64,000 nucleotides of DNA from Carpediemonas membranifera BICM (GCA_019828565.1 JAHDYR010000005.1:1445992-1509991), one strand, 5' to 3'; counted from the stretch's first letter, positions 21,101 through 35,118 are shown. Made by a program: numbers and translations. Notes: a model not told the origin generated them from the letters alone.

Positions 21101-24100
21101 ATGTTCTCGATGATCACAGCCTCGCCATTAGTTACAGCCCGCTCGATAACATCGAGGAACTTCGGCTGGTTGAGTCGGACGACGTTGAGGGGCTTGCCCT
21201 TCATCTCATACCGCTGTCTAATCCAGTTGATGCCCTGAAGCTGCGGGTCGATGATCAGCGGCCACCGCTCGCACGTGTTGATGATGCACGCGTTCTCGAC
21301 GGACACGGGGTCGGTGGGGAGGCCCTCGTTGTTCCACTCGGCGATCATGGCGGCGTCCGAGAGCATGGAGGAGACCGTCATCCCGTCTGTATGTGGGATC
21401 GACAGCTCGTTGACAAGATCAATCCACTTGTCCATGAGCTCTATGCGGAACTGGCGGTTGAACGGGCCAATGTACGAGACGAACGCGGCGCAGAGGAGGA
21501 CGTCGCCGACGAGGAGGGCCTCGGTCTTCTGGAGGTCGGCGATTGAGGCACGCCAGCGGACCTTCTCTGATGAGAGGCCAGAGACGAGGCGGTTGGCGAG
21601 GTTGAGCTTGTTCTGGGTCCGCTCGGCTTCGGCGATGACGCGGTTCTTCTCCTCAGAGGCCTTCTCGAACTGAGCAAGCAGGGAGGCGAGCTTGTCGTTG
21701 AGCTGCTTGACCTGCTTCTGGACAGCGTTGAGCTTGACTGTGGCGGCGTTGAGCTTGACCTCGGCCTCAGCGAGGGCCTCACGCTTGGGCGTGACCCATT
21801 GATAAATCTCGTTGTACTTGTGGATGTTGACCACCCACGAGCAGAGTCCAGCTGCAGCGACAGACTTCGCCTTGATGTTCTGGGGGTTGAAGGCGGGGTT
21901 CTCGATGTACTTAGCGATCGCCTTGATGTTTGCCTGGGGGATGTTGTCCTTGTCGAACGTCAGGAGGCGGTTGAGGAAGTCGGTAACATTGCCCATTCCC
22001 TTCTTCGATGAACCCCAGGAGACATCCTTGACGAGTTTGCCCGCAGGGGACAGTAGCAGCATGACTGCGGCGGCCACGTCGACCACTTCGTTGGCAGGCT
22101 TAGTGAAGCCCTTCAGCTCGGTGAGGTTGAGCTTGTCGAGGGTGTTGAGGGCCTCAATGGCGGCCTGGACGACAGGCTCGGCAGAGCTGAGGTCGGACTC
22201 GCACTCGGCCTTGATGGCAGCGACCTCCTCAGCGATGACTGCGCACTTGTCGGCTTCGACGTCAGCGGCAGCCTTCTTCTCAGCGACTACGGCCTGCTCC
22301 TTGCCTACGACCTCGAGGAGCTCGTTGGCGGACTTCTTACGCTCCTCCACGACTTCCTGCTGCTTGTTGAGCTGATCCTTAAGCTCAGCAACGTCGCTCT
22401 CGGTCGTCTCAAGCTTGGTGAGGCCGGACTGAAGGTGGTTGACGCGCTCTTCGATCTCTGACTTCTTGCGCTTAAACATCACCTTGTAGAGGGAGATCAG
22501 CTCCAGGAAACTCTTGGGAGTGCTGAACACGTCACGCTTCTCCATCTCCTTGTACTTGGCCGCCAGCTCGTTGACGAGTCCGTCGGCCCGGGCCATGAAG
22601 TCCGCGACCCGGCCCCGCATCTGCCCACTACCGTCGTCCATGTCCGACTCGATCTCGGCGAGGAATCGGTCGGCGACGGACATGAGGGCGTTGATCGGCC
22701 AGGGGTGGAACCAATCAATTGATGTGCACGAAAAAATGGCGGGGAAACGACGGGCACGGCGGCGGAACTCTTCGCTGACTGGGGAGAAGCACAGGACGAT
22801 GCGCAGGTTGGCCCTGACCTTGTCGATGAAGTAAGTCCAGCAATTCTCGGCCGTGTCGATGATGCCGGCCTGTTTGACCTCGTTCCTGATCTGGTTGACG
22901 ATGGCATCCCTGTCATCCGCCTCGTATAGGTCCGCAATGTCGCCTGTGGAAAGCATATCGTTGATGTAGACGAGGAAACGCTCCTCGACGATCTGCTGGT
23001 CGGTGAAGAGGAAGGTGGTGGGGTTGCCCTTGATGCCTGCCGAGTGGTACATTTTGACGATGTCTTCCTTAAGGGATTCGACGCTGTAAGAGGACGTAAT
23101 GGTGATCTGAACAACATCGTTGCCGAGAATAAACGACGCCAGCCGTGCGAGAGACTGCTTGCCGCTGCCGCCGACACCGATGAGTAGGGCGGACCCAGAA
23201 GCGATGATGCGGGAGATGCGGCAGACGTGAGACATGGCGTCCTCGAACAAGACGAGGTCCATAACGGGCATACAGTCGTTGTACGACGTCAAGCCCTCCT
23301 CGAGGATGTCGTTGAGGCCACTGTAGCCGTTCTTGATGGGGGCGTAGTTGCCGTCACCCACACCGAGGGCGAAGTGGCTGTATATGATGGGCTCGGCAGT
23401 GAGTTCCTCGTCGGCGATGTCAGAGAAGACCTGGCGAACGACCTCGAGCTTCATCTTCGTAAAGAGGGAAATATCGTCCTCGGATGTGAGACGGTCACCG
23501 TAGACACGCGACACCTCGTGCTGTACCAGCCGGGCGACTGTAAGGGGCTCCTTGAACTGATCAGGGCCCATCTGGAGAAGACCACCGATGATGTTAGACA
23601 GCTCGCGGAGGTTGAACTGGTAGTGGAACTTGATGGCCGTGGGCAGGAACGTGGTGCTGACCCGCTTGTGGAGGTCCAGGATGGTCTTGACAATGTTCTC
23701 AACCATGCCGAAGACGGTGTTGTTGAAGCCGTTGAGAAGGTGGCCCTCGAGGATGGACGTGTAGATGCGAGAGAGCGAGTCGGGCTCGGGCATGTTCACC
23801 GAGAGTACCGTAAAGTGCCGCTGGAGCCTGGGGTTGACCGTGAAGGATCCGGCAGTGGGGTTCATCGCGGCAACCATCTGGCAGTTCTTGATCTCCCGGA
23901 GTGTCAGCTTCTGCCTGTCGTACCAGTGCTCATAGTCGAGGTGCTGTCTCAGGAGAGTGATCGGCGCTTGGGTGCCGTACTCATCGATCATCGACATGTT
24001 GAGGTCATCGATGAAGTAGACCAGTTTCCTCTGGCCGGGAGGGCCGTATGTGCGGCCAGCCTTCTTCTCCAGGCGCTGCTCGAGGATGAGCTGCAGCTGC

Positions 24101-27100
24101 TTGGTGTCAGTGAAGTAGTTGAGGTTGGTCTGGGTGAACATGTAATCGTCGGGCATGCCCTTGAGCTTCTCGGTCATCATCAGAGTCTTCCCGCCGCCGG
24201 CCAGCCCCACAAGCATGACGGGCAAGCGGGCAGACATCAAGCGATCCATCCAATAAACCAGGCGCTGGCTCTCACTCGTGTGGACCATGATCTGGGACAC
24301 TGGCTGCTCAGCGTTGTGCTCGTAGTCGGGGGAATCCCAGGGAACCCACTCGACGGCACCGTTGATCATCTTGAGGCAGTAGTCAAACACAGAGCCCTGG
24401 GCGGGGAGTGCTGCAGAGCCCTTGAACTCGACGCGCCACCACTTGGAGAAGACCTCGCGGTGGTCGGTGATTTGGTCCTTGAAGAGGGTCCCGCCGATCG
24501 CCCAGAGCATGGCAAAGACAAAGTACTGCTCGAGCACGTCCTTGTACTCGTCGGCCGAGAGTTCCTTGGGGAAGTTCTCCTTGACGAGGAGGAGGTCGAG
24601 CATGCGCGTGAGAGTCGTGGTCATCTGGACCTCGGAGCAGGCAATGATCTGCTTGAACTGAGAGGCGCGGATAGCGTCAAAGCAGGCGGGGATGTACTTG
24701 TCGAAGAGAGCAGTGAGAGGCGACCGCTCCTCCTTGTCGCGATTGTCAGCCCATGAGGTGATAACCGCTCGCCATCCAACGTCGTTGAGCGAGATATACA
24801 GGATACCAGCACGCGATACAGTAGCAGGCGTGGCGTACTTGAGGTGCGAAATCTCGAAGATCAACCGCATCCACGGGTGGAGCGGGATACGCTCGTTCGA
24901 CGCGAGGGTGAGCACCTTGTTGTCGTCCATGCAAGTGTTCATGGACTCGATCCAGTTGGGGTCGATATCACCGTCGAGGATGATCCACTTGGGCTCCTCA
25001 TTGGGGATGTTCGAGAGATCGCGCATGGTGGTTGAGAGGAGGCCGTCCTTCCACTCGCGGGAGGCCGTGATGTAGCCGTACAGCTCATGGCCAGTGACAG
25101 CCTTAGGGTTGATGTCAGGAGTCCAGATCTTGTGGCCGCGGGCGCGGTATGTGTCTGCGAGGATCCGGATAGTCTGGGACTTGCCCGTGCCTGCGTCGCC
25201 GAGGACGAAGACAGAGTGTCGGACCTCTAGCAGCTCCTCGAGCTGGACGACCTTGAGCACGAAAGAATCTTCAGGCTGGAGCCCGCGTTCGAGGCAGCAC
25301 TCGCGGACAATCTTCTCGAGCTTCTCGTTGACCTTTCTAGGGACGTCACAAGAGGGGAAGAGGTCGCCAATGAGGCCCATAAACACCTCCATATCCTCGA
25401 GAGTGATCTTAGGAATGTTGAAGTCTCGAAGAGCACGCATGAGAACGTGCTCCTCGGGGACATCGGGCTCGTCTCGTTTGAGGGCACCGGCGACCACGAG
25501 GACGGACTTAATGGCGCGGAGGCCCCAGTCGTAGTGGGCTTGGGCGGATAGGAGGTCCTTGTTGAGTGCGTACAGGGTCGTGAACTTCTTGGCGAGCTCT
25601 CTGGCGTCGATGAAGCCCTGTGCCATGAGCATGATCTCGGAAATGAGGCCATAGTCAGGTACAACCATACTGCAACTTCTGAATAGTGCCTTGATGTTCT
25701 CTGGGAGCTCGGTACGGCCGGCATAACCGGGGTTCATGGTGATGAAGATGCCGACAGTGGGCCGTAGGTCGATCTCGACGCCCTGGAAGTCAAACCGCTT
25801 CTGCTTGGCGCGGATGGCATCCAGTACACTCTTGACCTGATTGGCAACGACAGAAAGCACCTCGATGGAGATACGGTTGAACTCGTCGAACTGTGTAAAA
25901 AATGATTGGAATTGGGAACAAACGCAGCCCCAGGCGCCAGAAGAGGCGAGGCCCTGGAAGATGTTGCCGAGTGATCGGTAATCCATCTGCTCCGAGCAGT
26001 CTGTGTAAGAAAATGCAGAATAAAACACACTAAAGACGTAAACGATGAGTCCAAGCGCTCTACCGAGATCCTTGGTCGTCTCGGTCTTGCCTGTACCAGC
26101 GGGGCCGGCAGGGGCGCCACCCATGATGAGATGGAGCGACTGTGTAAGAGTGATGTAGCAGCGATCGGTGAGCGGGGTGATGACAAGCCTGGGCTGGTTC
26201 CCAAGGTACTCGTGCCAATACTGGAACTCGGCATCAGCGATGTTGATGAAGCAGTCGCCGACCTGGTCGTCCCACCTGAGCTTGAGCTGTGACTGCCAGG
26301 CGAACGACTGTGCCGTCTCGACCTTAGAATCGATCAGACCGGTGACGACGTCTCGGGCGTGCACGTCAATCGTGGTGATGGTCATGATCTTGATGCGGTC
26401 GTTCTTGCTGAGTTCGCCCTGGATCTTGTGGATCAGCGCGATGATCTGCTCCTGCTGCTTCTTGTTGTACTCCTTAACAGCCGTCTCGTTGCCCTCCTCG
26501 AGCTTGGCAAACGCCTGGTTAACCTCCGAAGTCCACCAAATCTGGGATCCGACTAGTGCAATCTGGGCGGGGTGCCTCAGAAGCCACTCGACACGGTCCA
26601 TGGCAAGATACTCCTCAGTGGCCGATGCCAGCTGAGCGCGGATGGTCTCGCGCATGGCCTCGACGAGCTTGTTGAGCCAGACCTCAACCTGGCCCTGGCA
26701 CAAGCAGGGCTCGGCGAAGGGGATGTACTCGTTCTCCATGGAGTACATGCCGACGGCGGTGTCGGTCTTCTGGCCCTCGTCGTCAAGCTCCCATTCGAGG
26801 GATTTGATGGAATCAAAGAGCTTCGAGAGATGGACTTCAACTTCTAGGGGTAGCCTTCCCTTGGAGAGGATGTCGAGCAGATCAGTCGAAGAGATGAAGT
26901 AGAAGCGGGGGAAGGCGCGGCGCTTAGTGTCGAGGTAGTCAGCCAGCGCCTTCTCGCACTCGCTGAGCATGGATTGGAGCTGATCGAGGGTCGCCTCGAG
27001 GCCTTCCTTGGTGCAGAGCTCGATGATGTTCGGCACGTGGGAGGAGGAGTCCATCAAATTATGCCAGATCTCGTCAATCTTATCGAATCTTTCCGCATCT

Positions 27101-30100
27101 CTCTGGAGTTGCTGGCGGATGTCGGCAGATCCGATAAAGATCGGCTCTAGATGCGCCCATGTCTGTTGCACCTCGAGCCAGAGGTTGATAACAGCATCGA
27201 CGGTGGATAGATTGGCCTGCCACTTGCCGACCTGCTCCTGGAAGTGGGCGACGTACTTGGATGCTGCCATATTCTGCACGACGACCTGGTTGTCTTCGAG
27301 CGTCTCGATCTGAGCCTCGTCGACCTGCAGTAGGGGTGTCGTACCGTCCTTATAAGTCCCAAACGTGAGTTCCATGCTCGTCCATGTCTCATCGAGTGTG
27401 GCGAGCGTCTTCTCCATGCTAAGTTCCTTAGATGCACGGTCGACGATGTCTCCAACCTCATCTCCGAACTGGTGGAGCTGTAGGGCGAGGAGGTCGGCGA
27501 GGGAGAACTTGGCAGTGATGGTAAAGTCCTTCCTAGTTACCCTCATGAGTTGCTTCCAGTGACGGTCTCGCATCGCGGGGTTCTTGAGGTCAGCGACGAG
27601 CGGCAGGGTGGCGAGGAAGTTCTTGACCTCAGTCTCAAGCGAGGTGAACACATCAAAAGCGCGCAGAGCCTTGTCGAGGCCGCGGATGTCCTTGGCCATC
27701 TTCTTGCTCTCATCCTCCATGAACTCGATGTCGATCTCCTGCCAACCCGTGCGGCGCCAGACGGTGAGCTGGGTGTCGACGATGGCGCACTCGTCCCACA
27801 CTGATTTGAGGAGCTTGAGCTCGGATTCCATGTTCTGGATGACAGCGTACTCGTTCACCTCGAGGTCGAAGAGTTGTTGCATCTCTTGAACCTTCTTGGC
27901 GCGGCGCTTGAGGTCAATAACCATCTGATTGAATGAGTCAATCAGCTGGTATGCCTCGGTGGCGGTGTGAGTCTTGGTAAATGGCCCACGAGAGCGGAAG
28001 AGCTTCTTGAGCTCGAGGAGTCTGCCCTCGAACGTCACGTCGCGTTCTCTGATGTTCCTCATTTCCTCCTGCTGGCGCGGCTCGAGCTTCTCCTTGGCCG
28101 AGTACGAGAGACGCCGCAGCTTCTCCCATGCCGCGGGCAGGGTCTCAAGCAGCGAGGAGACGCTCTCAGGGATGGGGATGTCGTATCGGGTGAGCATGGC
28201 GATGGTCTCCTTGGCTGGACTCCACAGAGAGTCGACCGTGGAGGTACGGATCTTGATAGAGTGCAGGGTGCGCATGAGCTCCTCGAGATGGGCCTGGGAA
28301 ACCTCGTCGAACTCGTCGCTGAGTTGAACGGTGGATGATTCGACGAAGGTCTGGAGCTCCGAGAGGGAGTTGTTGATGTCGTCGGCGAGGTTGGACGTAA
28401 AGAGGTATATCCACTTGCCAAAGGTTGAGAGGAGCGCCTGCTTGAGCGGTCTGCCATCCACACGCAGCCAGGAGAACGTCGATACGAAGTTCTTACCCTG
28501 CACCTGGTTCTCGAGCTCCCGGAAGCGGACGATCTGGGCGTCAAAGTCGTCGAGGACGGGAGCGTCGTAGGCATCGTCCTCCTCCTCATCGGGGTCATTA
28601 GTTCCGTCGAGAGAGGTCTTCGAGCCGAACTTCTTGAACCTGTTAAAGTAGTCGCGGCGATCCGAGACCCAGTAGGGCTTCCAGTCGATGAATGTGTTCT
28701 TAAACTCGTTAGCCTCCTTGCACTTGGCCTCGACGATGGCAATGAGATCCTCCGACTGGGAGATGACCTCGGGGTTGGCTCCGATAAGAGGGAGGAAGCC
28801 GTCCTTGGCGTCAGGATCAGTGGGGTTCTTCAACCTCCGAGGGAGCTCCAGGAAAGCGAGGATGACGTCAGACATGACCGTAATAACAGCATCTCTCGAC
28901 CCACGGAGCGGCGGTGAGAAGATGACCTCTGGCACAATGAGATCCATGCGGACGTCGACCAGTGGTGTGGGTGGCGCGAGATCCGTATCGTACAGAATCA
29001 TGCGCTCCCTAATGTGGGCGAGAGAGTTGAGCACGACTTGGGAGATCCCCTCGGCAATCATCTCAGTGACGAACTCAACGTAATCGTGCCAGGCGTCCTG
29101 GTCGGTGCGTACTTGGAGAAGCTTGGCCGTCTCGTTGATAGTGTCCGCGAAGATGGACGATTCGTGCACGAGCGCGTCGATGTTTTTGTGCACCTCGGCG
29201 GCCTCGCCAGTGAGAGAAAGCGTGCGTCTGTTATTCAGGGGGAACAGAGGCTTTTCAGCCCAGTCGGCCAGCATAGTGCTGAGCTTCTCGAGCGTTGTCT
29301 TGGCCTGTGTGACCTTTGAATGCAGGTCAGTCACGGCGTAGCGGGTCTTCTCGATCGCCCTGTCGATTGAGGACCGGGCGTCATCTCGGGTAGACCACAT
29401 CATCGTGAGAAGACCGTCTGGGGTGGCCAGCTGCCTATCAATCATCGTCAGCTCGACCTTCACCAGCGGCCGCTCGACTGGAAGCAGGGCCTTCTGCACG
29501 TAATTGTACTGGTCCACGATGAGGTCCAGCTTGCCCGTCCAGCGTCTGAAATAGTCGGCCTGGGCGTATATGGTGGCCGCCTCGTCGGGGATCCACCGGC
29601 CAGTGTGTGATAGGAAGCTCATCTCCTTGAGCAGGGCGTCGAGGACAGGATCGAAGTTCACGGAGAGCAGACCGTCGGCCTTGCGGACAATGAGAGGCGT
29701 CTTAAGCTTCTCCGTGGCCGTCTTGTCGATGTCGTTGCTCCATTGGGCGAAGTTGCTGCCCTTATAGTCGGTAAGCATGGACTCGAGGCGAGCATATGTC
29801 GGCTTGACCAAGTTCGTGTACACTTCGGTTTCAAGGACATCGGCCGGCATAGCCTGCACTTTTTCCATAAACGACCCGATCCGGTCAGCTAAGGTGTCTG
29901 CCCAAGCCAGGCGGCCCGAGACTGGGGCCATGTTGAGGGGCACGGGCGGGTTCTCTCGGTAGGCCTCGAACACGGCCTCTACGGTGCCGAGCTCCTCGTG
30001 GAACAGCTGGAGGAGGTGGACGTACTTGCGGGTGACCAGCGCTGAGAGCGCCTCCTCGTCGAGGATGCCAGAGAACGACTCAACGAGCTTGCACTTGCCC

Positions 30101-31754
30101 TCGAGGGAGAAGGTGTCGTCGTAGGCTTGGATCAGGATAGCAGAGAGACGCTTCTCCCAGTCCTTCACCTGGCGCCGGAAGTTCTGGTAGTCATGTTCGA
30201 AGGAGTCGTCGCGCAGGTTAGCCGGGTCATACTCGCTCTGTGTGAACTTCTCCATGGCCCCTTCAAACTCGCCAAAGATGTGCTGGAGCTGAACAGAGAG
30301 GAGCTTGCCGCGCATGCCGCCGACTTCGATCTTCTGCACCTTGTTGAGCTGAAGAGCGGACTTCATCAAGCCGAGAATATCGTTGAAACGACCGAGCATG
30401 TTATCCATGCGACGGAATACGAGGTCCTCGTCAGGCCAGTGCTGTCTGACGCCCTTGTCGGGGGCTGCCTCGGGTACAGGGTGGGCACTACCGGCTCGAG
30501 GTGTCTTCATGATGTTGGCTTCAAGGAGTTCCTCGGCCACGGTGTCCGCATACTGACGGTAAGTGTTCCTGAAGCTCGTGGCGACGTGGAGCACCTGCTC
30601 TAGGGATGTACATGCGGCGTCCGGCTCCATCTTAAGAACCGTCTCCGGGTCCACGATCTGTCGGAACGTATCCTCAATAAGCTCGTCGCACATGCGTCTG
30701 ACGATGCTGGTGATGCGGCGCTGGGTCTTGTAGTACCCGCTATGTCTGTGGATGAGCAGCAGAGTGTGGAACGTGGCTGTAAAGAGGCCGACCAGAGCCT
30801 GGTGGTCCGTCTCCTCCGTGACCTGGGACCACACCCGACGGAGGGGCTCGAGGTACGTGACGTTGTCGCTGGCCTCGACGATGGTCTGCTCGACTGAGCC
30901 GAGGACAGCGTCCAGGGCCGAGGAGAAAGAGGAACCCGTCTTGGCCAAAAAGTTACGGATGGCGGTGGAAGCCTGGGAGTTTAGCTGCTCCGAGATGCTC
31001 TGGAGGTTGTCTCGCTTCTTCTGCCAGAAGTCGACCTCTGCGATCGGTCCGGGGGTCGAGCCATCGATCGAATCCGTGTCCAGTTGGACCGCATGACGAA
31101 TCTCGCGTGTCCAGTCGATGATGACGGTCTCGAGGGAGTGGACGGCGTCCTTGAGCACCTCGCGGTTAGACAGGTCGCCCTCGGAGTCCGTGATGACCTT
31201 ATAGGCGGATGACGGGACGGGGAGAGTCGTACGGCCGGACATCTTCCCTGCAAAGACGGTAGTCTGCGCAATAAACTTGTCAAGGTGCTTGGTAACGTCG
31301 CGGACCATGACAGAGGGCCATTCTGCGGTGTTCTTCTGGTTCATGAGGGGTAGAGCGATCTGAGCCAGGAAGAGGTGGAGATGATCGAGCGGAGAGGTGG
31401 AAAGCTCGCCGTAGATGAGCTCGTTGCTGATGTTGTCGCCGGTGACGGTGGAGACGTTTTTCAGCTTGGTGAAGTAGACGGATTTCTTCCGGAATGCCTC
31501 GGGGAAGTGGACAGTGGGGATAACTACGTCGCCAGCCTCGATGTAGACAACGAGGGTGCGGTCAGTGTCCGTCTCAAGGAAGGTGAGCAACGTTTGGCTG
31601 CGTTAGAATAAAGGGATAGGGCGTACACGTGGGAATCATCCTTAGTCATGTCAATCCACTTGGATTCACGTAGCTTCATGCTAGTCATGACGCGAGCACG
31701 CATCCAGTTGGTGCGAGCATCACTGAAGCCCTCGTCGACGTCGTCGGAAGGCAT
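18184..31754 (-). CDS. Axonemal outer-arm dynein heavy chain (beta-type, DNAH9/11/17-like); introns 31598-31626, 26001-26030, 25891-25923
   Basis: About 4,500 aa. AAA1 GPAGTGKTET, AAA2 GDAGTGKS, AAA3 GLAGGGKT, AAA4 GVGGSGKQS. Removing the introns restores VYVFNCSEQMD and WGCFDEFNRI and joins the upstream exon starting MPSDD (31754). Confidence 0.95.
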
Positions 31755-32011
31755 TCAATGCGTCTTTTGGTGTGTGAGAATTTGGCGCAACTTGAAAACG
31801 ACTCGGGCCTTCCGCCGGGCCAAATAGGTCTGGCAGGTAGCCGTACGCCCCTCATACACCATTCTGCGTCCTCTCTCCCATTTTTGAATCGGAAAATTGT
31901 GAGGATGCACAAACGTGAAGGCTGAGAATTATCAGTCTTCTCTAAAGTCCCCGACCCATTACATTTGTTCTTTAGTCGTGCGAAACTACATTCGCCCTCT
32001 CATTTATGCTC

Positions 32012-32434
32012 TTACTGGGACTCAGAAACAAGGGTGGCAGCAAAGCGATCGAGGTCGGACTGGCCGTGGGAGGTGATGCGGCGGCCACCGTTCTCGCACT
32101 TCTGGATGATGTCCTTAGTCTCAAGCTGCTGAAGGATGTGGCGGATGATGGAGCCAGCGGCATCGCGGTGCTTGCAGGGGCAGACGCCGCGGTTGATGGA
32201 ACCACCGTAGTAGGACTTGAGAGCGCCCATGCCGATGCCGTTGTTAAGATAAACCTTACGGGCGATTGAGGCAGCACGGATGTAGTACCAATCAGCGTCC
32301 ATGGGAGCAAGCTCGGTGTGAGAGCCGGTCTTGACGAGGTTCACCCAAGTGGGGAGCTCAAGAGCGCCAGAACGCTTCAGGTACATGGCATAGAGCTTCA
32401 CAAAACGGCTAGCGTTCACGTCCTTAACGAGCAT
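32012..32434 (-). CDS. RPS19: 40S ribosomal protein S19 (eS19)
   Basis: VKTG.HTELAPMDADWYYIRAASIARKVY and GGRRITSHGQSDLDR. Confidence 0.97.
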   Translation of the reverse strand: MLVKDVNASRFVKLYAMYLKRSGALELPTWVNLVKTGSHTELAPMDADWYYIRAASIARKVYLNNGIGMGALKSYYGGSINRGVCPCKHRDAAGSIIRHILQQLETKDIIQKCENGGRRITSHGQSDLDRFAATLVSESQ

Positions 32435-32808
32435 CGTGTTCTCTCTCGGCTGCGAAAAGGCCAAAGGAGAAAACCGGTTCAAACAAAAGTGGATAAAACT
32501 TAATAAAGCTTTGGTCGGGCCCGCTACCTTGTGTCGGGCCGAGAGGATCGTCTGAGGTGATTCTCACGAGCTGTTAGCGTTGTGTTATGAATATTGGCGA
32601 TCAGAGTTTGATCAACAAACCTCATCTCAAACTCGAAAACAGCAAAGAGGCGGATGCATGATACAGTCGGGCATGTGTGATACTGGTGTACTCAACGGCC
32701 ACTTGACCATTGTTCATGACGCTCTCTTGAACGACTCATGATTTCTGGACGACACACTTCGAGGAGACTGGGATGGGGGTAGCTTTATACACACGGTAAG
32801 TAGTGGGC

Positions 32809-33123
32809 TTAGGCAGTCTTGGCCTTCTCCACAAGGGAGCGGATGGCGCCCTCGTTGGCACCAACGACCTCACCGATCTGCTGGCCGGCCTTGAAGGCCT
32901 TGAAAGTGGGCATAGCGCGGATACCAGCCATAGCAGCGGCACCCTGGTTGGCATCAACATCGACCTTAACGCAGGTGACGTCGGGGTTGGCCTCAGCCAT
33001 CTTCTCGAACTTGGGGCCGATCATCTTGCAGGGAGGGCACCACTGGGCAAAGAAATCGACAACAACGGCCTTATCGCCATTGATAAGCTGCTGGAACTCC
33101 TCGAGGGTCTCGATAACCTTCAT
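32809..33123 (-). CDS. Thioredoxin
   Basis: VVDFFAQWCPPCKMIGP, VDVD, AMPTF; 104 aa. Confidence 0.95.
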   Translation of the reverse strand: MKVIETLEEFQQLINGDKAVVVDFFAQWCPPCKMIGPKFEKMAEANPDVTCVKVDVDANQGAAAMAGIRAMPTFKAFKAGQQIGEVVGANEGAIRSLVEKAKTA

Positions 33124-33361
33124 ATTGTCTTGTTTCAATTCTGTCTAGAATTTGATTCGGATCACCGCCGGGTCCATGAGATGACCACCCGAGACCACCG
33201 ACCAGAACAGCTGCGAGGAATAGCTTTCGAGACATGCCCTGGATCGCCGTCGACCTCGGACAACCCCTCTTCATCCTCTCCCAAAAATCAAATTACTTAC
33301 TTACTGACCAGAGATCAATCCCGAGCCCACAACGCTAATTTACCACAACCGGCGCTAATAC

Positions 33362-34102
33362 TCATATAGCGATAGTCTCCGTGTCCACTGGATCGAATCC
33401 ACTCAGGTCCCCGTTGACGAGGAACGGCAGTAGCTTCCTGGTCGTGGGAGTCAGAGTCTCAGGGTCCGCGTCCACGTCCATCGTGGGCACGTAGTCGGCG
33501 GGGAGCTTGAAGCCCTTGCACACAACGAAGGCCTCCTGGGATGCGGCCCGGGATGAGGGCGGCTTGTGGATCCGAACATACGAGAAGAACAGTTCGAGCT
33601 GGGCCACAATGAGAGAAGTATCCCCGCCCTTGAAAATTTTGGCCACAAAGTTGCCGCCCTCGCGCAGTACGAAGGTTGTAATAAGGATGGCAGCGGTAAG
33701 AAGCTGGGATTGCATCATCGTGTCGAGATCATGGAGCCCAGTCACGTCAGGGGCACCGTCACACACTACTATGTCACTCTTCTGGCCCTCGAAGTGTGTG
33801 ATGATCTGTTGCGCCGTCGTGGTGGAGCAGATGTCGCCTTGGAGCTGGATTACACCGGGAAGTGGCGCCATCTCGTTGAGATCAACGGCAATGAGGCGGA
33901 TATCGTCTTTCTTCTCGGAACGCTCATAGATTACACGCGAAAGAACTTGGCTCCAGGAGCCAGGAGCGGCGCAGAGGTCTACAGCACGCTGAACGCCTTG
34001 GAGGACTGAGAAATTTGCGTCAATCTCCAGCAATTTGAATGCAGAACGAGCTCTCCAGCCCTCTTCCTTCGCACGACGGTAATACACGTCGCGCTCAGCC
34101 AT
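33362..34102 (-). CDS. TRM7: tRNA (cytidine32/guanosine34-2'-O)-methyltransferase Trm7/FTSJ1
   Basis: RDVYYRRAKEEGWRARSAFKL, DLCAAPGSWSQVL, CDGAPDVTGLHD and KPPSSRAASQEAFVVC. Confidence 0.95.
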   Translation of the reverse strand: MAERDVYYRRAKEEGWRARSAFKLLEIDANFSVLQGVQRAVDLCAAPGSWSQVLSRVIYERSEKKDDIRLIAVDLNEMAPLPGVIQLQGDICSTTTAQQIITHFEGQKSDIVVCDGAPDVTGLHDLDTMMQSQLLTAAILITTFVLREGGNFVAKIFKGGDTSLIVAQLELFFSYVRIHKPPSSRAASQEAFVVCKGFKLPADYVPTMDVDADPETLTPTTRKLLPFLVNGDLSGFDPVDTETIAI

Positions 34103-34278
34103 CGTCGAAAACGACGGAGCAGTTTATGCGAAAACGCCAAAACAGGCGATTCCTGGGTATAACAGCTTGCCTAGACGGCATAGTACCTCTTGCTCCCTCC
34201 AAGGGCCGCTTTTCAGTTTGAATTACTCAGACGCTGTGCGGCAAAAACCAGCGCTCAAGCTCACAACACTAGAAGAAG

Positions 34279-34883
34279 ATGCCGCCAAAAGGAATGAGCA
34301 TAAAGGATGCTCTGAAGAAATTCGAGCAGAAGTCACAAGAAAAGGCCGCTGAGGCCACGCATATCAAGCTGTGGTTCCAGGATCCTCCTATTGAGCGCCT
34401 CGACGCAGCTCTCAAGCAATGCGTCAACTGCGAGTTTGTTTTCACGGTACATCCTAACACAGAAGACTTTCTCTGTCCACAAACAACATTGAGCGCATCA
34501 GCAACCTTCAAGGGCTCGACAAACTGAAGATCTTGAGTTTGGCGAGGAACTGCCTCAAGAAGGTAGAAGGACTGGACGCAGTAGCCTCCACTCTCGAGGA
34601 ACTGTGGCTTTCGTACAACAATATCGAGCGCCTTCAGCCCATCACGGTCTGCCCCAAGCTCAAGGTTGTCTGTCTTGGGAACAACAACATCACCTCCCTC
34701 GCCGAAGTGGAGAAGCTGGCAGCCCTCGGGGAGCTCGAGGAGGTCGTGCTTAAGAACAACCCGTTCATGGATGGTATGAGCGAGCAGGAGTACCGCTTTG
34801 CAGTGATCAAGGCCATCCCGCAGCTTAAGAAGCTTGACGGGCGGCCTATCGAGCCAGATGAGAAGGAGCAGGCCCTAGCTTGA
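34279..34883 (+). CDS. DNAL1: Axonemal dynein light chain 1 (LC1, leucine-rich repeat), 29-nt intron 34434-34462
   Basis: Splicing GTTTGT...CTAACACAG gives CERLSLSTNNIERISNL...ILSLARN...TLEELWLSYN...LKKLDG. Confidence 0.92.
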
Positions 34884-35118
34884 GTCTGTTGTGTAAATTT
34901 ACGATTTATTCGCCGAGCCGGCTGTGTGGACTCAGCACGACCACGTGTTGGAACAAGCAAAAGAGATGGTACTGGTGATGTACACTCCAGTGTGTCCATT
35001 CTGTATCCCTAAGCCTCGGCTTGCCCAAGCGATCTCCGATTTAGGGAAGATCCGACGAATGATCGACCGCGGATCGGTCGCTCAAGAATTCTGCGAAAAC
35101 TCCGCTTGAAAGAACAAT

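Noticed and set aside
8412-34883. Flagellar gene cluster (DRC1, dynein heavy chain, DNAL1, thioredoxin)
   Set aside because: The genes are interspersed with unrelated housekeeping genes and the thioredoxin looks generic; chance is a sufficient explanation.
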